Source of the DNA: a virus
Lineage: Duplodnaviria; Caudoviricetes
Length of the DNA: 38,706 nucleotides
IMG/VR virus record: IMGVR_UViG_3300025267_000039
Coordinates: 1-38,706 of that record
Reading direction: 5' to 3' (one strand)
Below are positions 34,791-38,706 of this stretch, one piece after another; the first letter of the stretch is position 1; each line of letters begins with the position of its first letter. The position numbers and the translations under genes were made by a program. The notes below the pieces were generated by a model, which worked only from the letters and a program-made list of their open reading frames with translations, did no database searches and was not told the DNA's origin.

Positions 34791-35210
34791 TTACCTCACT
34801 TCGTCATACGATTTTCCGATGAACTTTCGCAAACCTTCTTCAGTCACATAAAGTACTGGAGACTTATTTACTCTTTCAATGCAATATAATTCTACCAGAA
34901 CTTCTCCTCCCAAGAAATTTTGAAATAGATATGACGCAATAATTGCATATCCATCCCGATGCGGAGACTTAAAAATTCTTACATTACTTATTCTCGAATC
35001 TTCCTGTTCTATACTTTTTAAAAAATATTGTGTTTCTTCTAAAGATAAATCTTTATGCTGTGCTGAAAACTTATAATAAAAATAAGAAGTTAATCCATCA
35101 CGTTGAAGTCCATTAAGACCACAGGGATTAAAAACTGGTTCTCCTTCATTTGCTAAAGTTATATTTGATAATAAACACAAACATAATATTAAAAATATTT
35201 TCTTAATCAT
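34791..35210 (-). CDS. AT-rich hypothetical protein with signal peptide
   Basis: MIKKIFLILCLCLLSNITLA-NEG; visibly AT-richer than flanks. Confidence 0.6.
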   Translation of the reverse strand: MIKKIFLILCLCLLSNITLANEGEPVFNPCGLNGLQRDGLTSYFYYKFSAQHKDLSLEETQYFLKSIEQEDSRISNVRIFKSPHRDGYAIIASYLFQNFLGGEVLVELYCIERVNKSPVLYVTEEGLRKFIGKSYDEVR

Positions 35211-35211
35211 A

Positions 35212-37671
35212 TCATCGTGCTGGTGCTGGAGCTACACCATCACCACCAAATGGGTTTTCTGCATATGCCATAAATATAAAAGAGCCGCTACTAACATTAA
35301 TTCGACTTCCACTAACTCTAACTTTAAACCCATTGGACAAAATATCGATTGCTGCTTGTGAATCAGTTGCCTCTACATCAGTGCCATTAACTCTTAATGT
35401 AAGGTCAGTTAAATTATACGCATTTCTTTTATTATCAAACATAATCCAACCATCAGCAGCAGATGCTTTTTTAATAATAACAAGTGATGGCTTGAATCCA
35501 CAGTAAGCAAAAGGGCCATCTGCATTTCCGGTTCCAGTATATGTGCCAAATCTAGAGAAGCCGTCTATCCCTACAAAAGAGTATGCCACATATGTTCTTC
35601 CAGAACCATTAACACTATTATTTGAATCTATTGTAAAAGTCGTAGAAGAACCTCCTGTAATATGTTCAGAAGTAGTAGCAGCATTATCATTAGTAAGATT
35701 CAAATCTTCAGTAAAAGCCGTAATACCATCTTCCCAATTAGAAACAAGATGATTATCTCCATTACTACGAGGCAGTATCCATACAGTATCTAAAGTAGTT
35801 CCTAAACCATGACCAACAGTAGCTCCACCACTTCCGTTTCCTGTATAGGTACTAACCGATATTCCAGCCGTCGCATCTACATAGGTGGTTGTGGTGTTGA
35901 TACTACCAGCAGTATTTGATGCTCCTGAATTACCAGCGGCCCAACACCATGCTACATAATCCTCAGTATTTGTATTAACAGCAGCTAAACTACCAACTGT
36001 AAAACCATCTGAACCAAATGTCGTCACTCCTTCGGCTGTTGTAGTTTCAGTATTGGTACTATTTATTTCCAGTAACTTGGTGGTACCTCTTGCGGCATCA
36101 TAATTAGAATGATTGTCCGCAGCATCTCGATTTTTAATCCATACAATATCAGGTTGCATACTGGAGTTACCAGTAAATGTGACGGCCTTACCACCTGAAC
36201 CTATGGCAGTCCCATTTCCCGTATAGAGTTGTGTCTGGAAATTAGTCGATGGGTCTTTGAGGGTTGGTGCAGGGAAATCTGCAACATTTTCAAAATAAGT
36301 GAATCCAGTTGGTGTTGTTCCAGATATATCAGCAGACTTTATTAATGTTAGAACAGGAGCCTTGGCTCCAACAGCAAACGTATACTCAGTACTTCCAATC
36401 ATGTCTGATATAGTTATCGATGGGTTTGCTCCCGTAGCTGGATTTCCATCTTTACCTGCATCAGCAGCTATCCATACCATTGCTGTAGCACTTGCATCAT
36501 AAATACCCAGAAAACACTTACCAGTAGCCATATCAACGGCCATCCAAAATTCATCAGAGGTTGTTATTGCCTGACTAGGGTTAATACTTGAACTATTTAT
36601 ATAATCATATAAATACAAACTAGAAGAAGATGGATTCATATTAAGACCATCACTTGCACCAACATCCTCATTGCTTCCAGCCGCATCACCAAAATTAGTG
36701 TTGTTGGATTTCGTAATTCCAAAATTCCATCCATTATTAGCGGCGACATTATTTGTCGAAAAGGCTACTGCATATTTACCAGTTGGAGGAAGGTTAGCTG
36801 ATAATGATACCATTGTCCGTGTACCCGGTCCGTTATAAACTAAGTTACCATCTTTAAGGGTACCACCACTTCTTTGATTATTTAATGGATTATAAGTTAT
36901 TTGATTATTTGTAGGTGTATCCGTCATCTGGTCAGCAGCAGCTAATCCCGAAGTCGTCCAATCATTAGTATTGCCGGAGGTGTCGTCGCCTAAAGCTGAT
37001 GAATCCCCAAATGCCAGAAAAAACCCATTGTCACCATATGTACCACTAAATTTTACAGGAATCCAAACTCCATCGTCATTGGTTTCTCCGAAACTAGATG
37101 GGGTTAACTGTTGTCCATCAATGAAATTGATTTCGGACATATAGCCATCCCACAACCCATCACCTCCATGATTTTGCAAACCAATATCATGTGCTACTGC
37201 AGTGTTAATCCCCGTATTTGCTCCACTTGATGGATTATTCGTCGTATCAAATGCTGTTATCTGTGAACCATTGATATATATCTTAATCATATCATTTCCA
37301 GATTCATCGGTATTGACGGCAACAATAAGATGATACCATGCACTAGGGTCTCTAAACACCTGAGTGGTAACTCTATAAATTGTACTACCTCCACTAACTG
37401 CTAATCTATTATCAGTATATATAACTATATCTCCACGGTCGGTATCTCCAGCTCCTGACCCTGCTGTAAAAATAGATGGGGCAGGACCACTGCTGATGAG
37501 ATTTCCTCGTTTAAACCAAGTAGAGTATGTCCATCTATTGGCATCAGTTGCTGTGCCAAGAGTTTTAGAAAGATATGAACTATCGTCATCGTTAAACCGA
37601 CAGGAGTTATCTATCGTGTAGGCACCAGTTGATGCTGCTGCCGCTCCTGCTAATACATTATTTTGAAACAC
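35212..37671 (-). CDS. receptor-binding / fibre protein with LamG (ConA-like) domain
   Basis: SCRFN, WTYSTWFKR, FRDPSAWYH, FIDGQQL; later YTGNG repeats and FxP..V.IK; AGGAG RBS, GTG start. Confidence 0.8.
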   Translation of the reverse strand: MFQNNVLAGAAAASTGAYTIDNSCRFNDDDSSYLSKTLGTATDANRWTYSTWFKRGNLISSGPAPSIFTAGSGAGDTDRGDIVIYTDNRLAVSGGSTIYRVTTQVFRDPSAWYHLIVAVNTDESGNDMIKIYINGSQITAFDTTNNPSSGANTGINTAVAHDIGLQNHGGDGLWDGYMSEINFIDGQQLTPSSFGETNDDGVWIPVKFSGTYGDNGFFLAFGDSSALGDDTSGNTNDWTTSGLAAADQMTDTPTNNQITYNPLNNQRSGGTLKDGNLVYNGPGTRTMVSLSANLPPTGKYAVAFSTNNVAANNGWNFGITKSNNTNFGDAAGSNEDVGASDGLNMNPSSSSLYLYDYINSSSINPSQAITTSDEFWMAVDMATGKCFLGIYDASATAMVWIAADAGKDGNPATGANPSITISDMIGSTEYTFAVGAKAPVLTLIKSADISGTTPTGFTYFENVADFPAPTLKDPSTNFQTQLYTGNGTAIGSGGKAVTFTGNSSMQPDIVWIKNRDAADNHSNYDAARGTTKLLEINSTNTETTTAEGVTTFGSDGFTVGSLAAVNTNTEDYVAWCWAAGNSGASNTAGSINTTTTYVDATAGISVSTYTGNGSGGATVGHGLGTTLDTVWILPRSNGDNHLVSNWEDGITAFTEDLNLTNDNAATTSEHITGGSSTTFTIDSNNSVNGSGRTYVAYSFVGIDGFSRFGTYTGTGNADGPFAYCGFKPSLVIIKKASAADGWIMFDNKRNAYNLTDLTLRVNGTDVEATDSQAAIDILSNGFKVRVSGSRINVSSGSFIFMAYAENPFGGDGVAPAPAR

Positions 37672-37681
37672 TCTTTATCTC

Positions 37682-38706
37682 CTAGCTTAAATTCAACGTA
37701 GCCATAGCCTGTACATCAGTAGACGTATAAACAATATAATCAAGTCTATCAATGGCACTTCCATCTGTAGTCAATGTAGGAGCTGTTCCTGCTGCAAAAT
37801 CCCAACTGGAACCATAAGATAAAGTACGTGAACCTGTGCCGTCCTGCTCTAAGAAAATAGAACCTGTTTGTCCTGCTACACAATTAGTAGGATTTTCTAG
37901 CGTTCTATTTCCTCCTAACTGCACAGCAAAATTCTGTCCTACATTAAAGTCCACTGCTATAGTTGCTGCGTCTGTTAAACTCACCACATCTGCCACTGCT
38001 GCAGTTCCAATATGAATCTGTTTACCTAAAAGGGTATTTACTCCCGCCGCTACAGCACTCGTATAAACATCTGCTGCCGACACATCTCCACTAAACTCTC
38101 CTGCTGCTGAAGATACTTTCGTAGTAAAGCTTCCTGTAACTCCTACTATATCAGTAGAACTAATTCCTGTACTAAAGCTACCACTGGCACCATCTATATC
38201 TCCAGTAACATCTCCTGTTAAATCACCAGTAACATCTCCTGTTAAATCACCAGTAACATCTCCTGTTAAAGCTCCGTCAAATGCAGCACTTACAATACCA
38301 CTAAATACTGCTGAAGAACCACTTACAACTCCACTTATTTCAAGAGCTGCTGCTGAAGCTTTTGTAGTAAAGCTTCCAGTAACTCCTACTATATCAGTAG
38401 AACTAATTCCTGTACTAAAGCTACCACTAGCTCCATCTATATCTCCAGTTACATCACCAGTGACATCACCAGTTACATCACCAGTAACATCACCTGTGAC
38501 ATCACCTGTTAAAGCTCCGTCAAAAGCTGCACTAACAATACCACTAAAGACAGCTGAAGAACCACTTACAACTCCACTTATTTCCATTGCTGCAGAAGAA
38601 ACTTTTGTTGAAAAACTTCCTGTTATTGCAGTCATATCAGTTATGGAAGCAAAAGATACCACTACTAATTGATTTATAGTATAAGCCGACACCGATACCG
38701 GAGCAG
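37682..38706 (-). CDS. tail fibre with TGDV repeats, 5' end beyond the window
   Basis: Frame stays open upstream of GTG 38692 to the edge; (TGD[VL])n shaft; C-terminal QDGTGSRTL domain. Confidence 0.8.
   Translation of the reverse strand, partial: APVSVSAYTINQLVVVSFASITDMTAITGSFSTKVSSAAMEISGVVSGSSAVFSGIVSAAFDGALTGDVTGDVTGDVTGDVTGDVTGDIDGASGSFSTGISSTDIVGVTGSFTTKASAAALEISGVVSGSSAVFSGIVSAAFDGALTGDVTGDLTGDVTGDLTGDVTGDIDGASGSFSTGISSTDIVGVTGSFTTKVSSAAGEFSGDVSAADVYTSAVAAGVNTLLGKQIHIGTAAVADVVSLTDAATIAVDFNVGQNFAVQLGGNRTLENPTNCVAGQTGSIFLEQDGTGSRTLSYGSSWDFAAGTAPTLTTDGSAIDRLDYIVYTSTDVQAMATLNLS
38105..38625 (-). repeat. 243-nt (81-aa) in-frame duplication with nested 12-nt TGD[VL] repeats
   Basis: AAAGCTCCGTCAAA at 38268 and 38511; near-identical 81-aa units. 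Confidence 0.9.

Noticed and set aside
33450-37846. Paired fibre C-termini as a DGR template/variable pair or an invertible segment
   Set aside because: No reverse transcriptase or invertase seen; repeats are direct, both are coding, and differences are not adenine-specific
19504-38672. Plus-strand ORFs within the - arm (e.g. 19504..19743, 28530..28889, 38460..38672)
   Set aside because: Antisense to structural genes; open only because of repetitive codon use
1-38706. T7-style phage RNA polymerase promoters, tRNAs, introns or inteins
   Set aside because: No repeated ~23-nt promoter or cloverleaf noticed; polymerase, helicase and RNR have uninterrupted normal lengths; manual reading only

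Overview
Part of a lytic, tailed dsDNA phage genome, podovirus-like. An alphaproteobacterial, possibly marine, host is inferred from the PqqA, IscA, Hsp20 and GTA-type holin genes. Two arms converge. The + strand (1-19144) holds small early genes, a T7-type primase-helicase and family A DNA polymerase, SSB, two nucleases, DUF3310, a class II ribonucleotide reductase, Hsp20, two glycosyltransferase-type genes, a holin and the terminase small subunit. The - strand (19141-38706, cut at the window edge) holds tail fibres, a P22 gp10-like tail protein, large internal virion/ejection proteins and IscA. I saw no RNA polymerase, capsid, portal, large terminase, tRNA or CRISPR array; sigma70-type promoters are present. 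Highlights, several missing from the ORF track: (1) a 24-aa PqqA precursor peptide right behind hsp20, under a ROSE-like thermometer UTR; (2) a 54-aa ArfA-like peptide; (3) an FtsZ C-terminal-peptide mimic; (4) a double-glycine motif and a ~40-aa leader module shared among the ejection proteins; (5) a glycosyltransferase / methyltransferase / MAF-like fusion; (6) apparent absence of GATC. All family assignments come from recognising motifs by eye, not from database searches.
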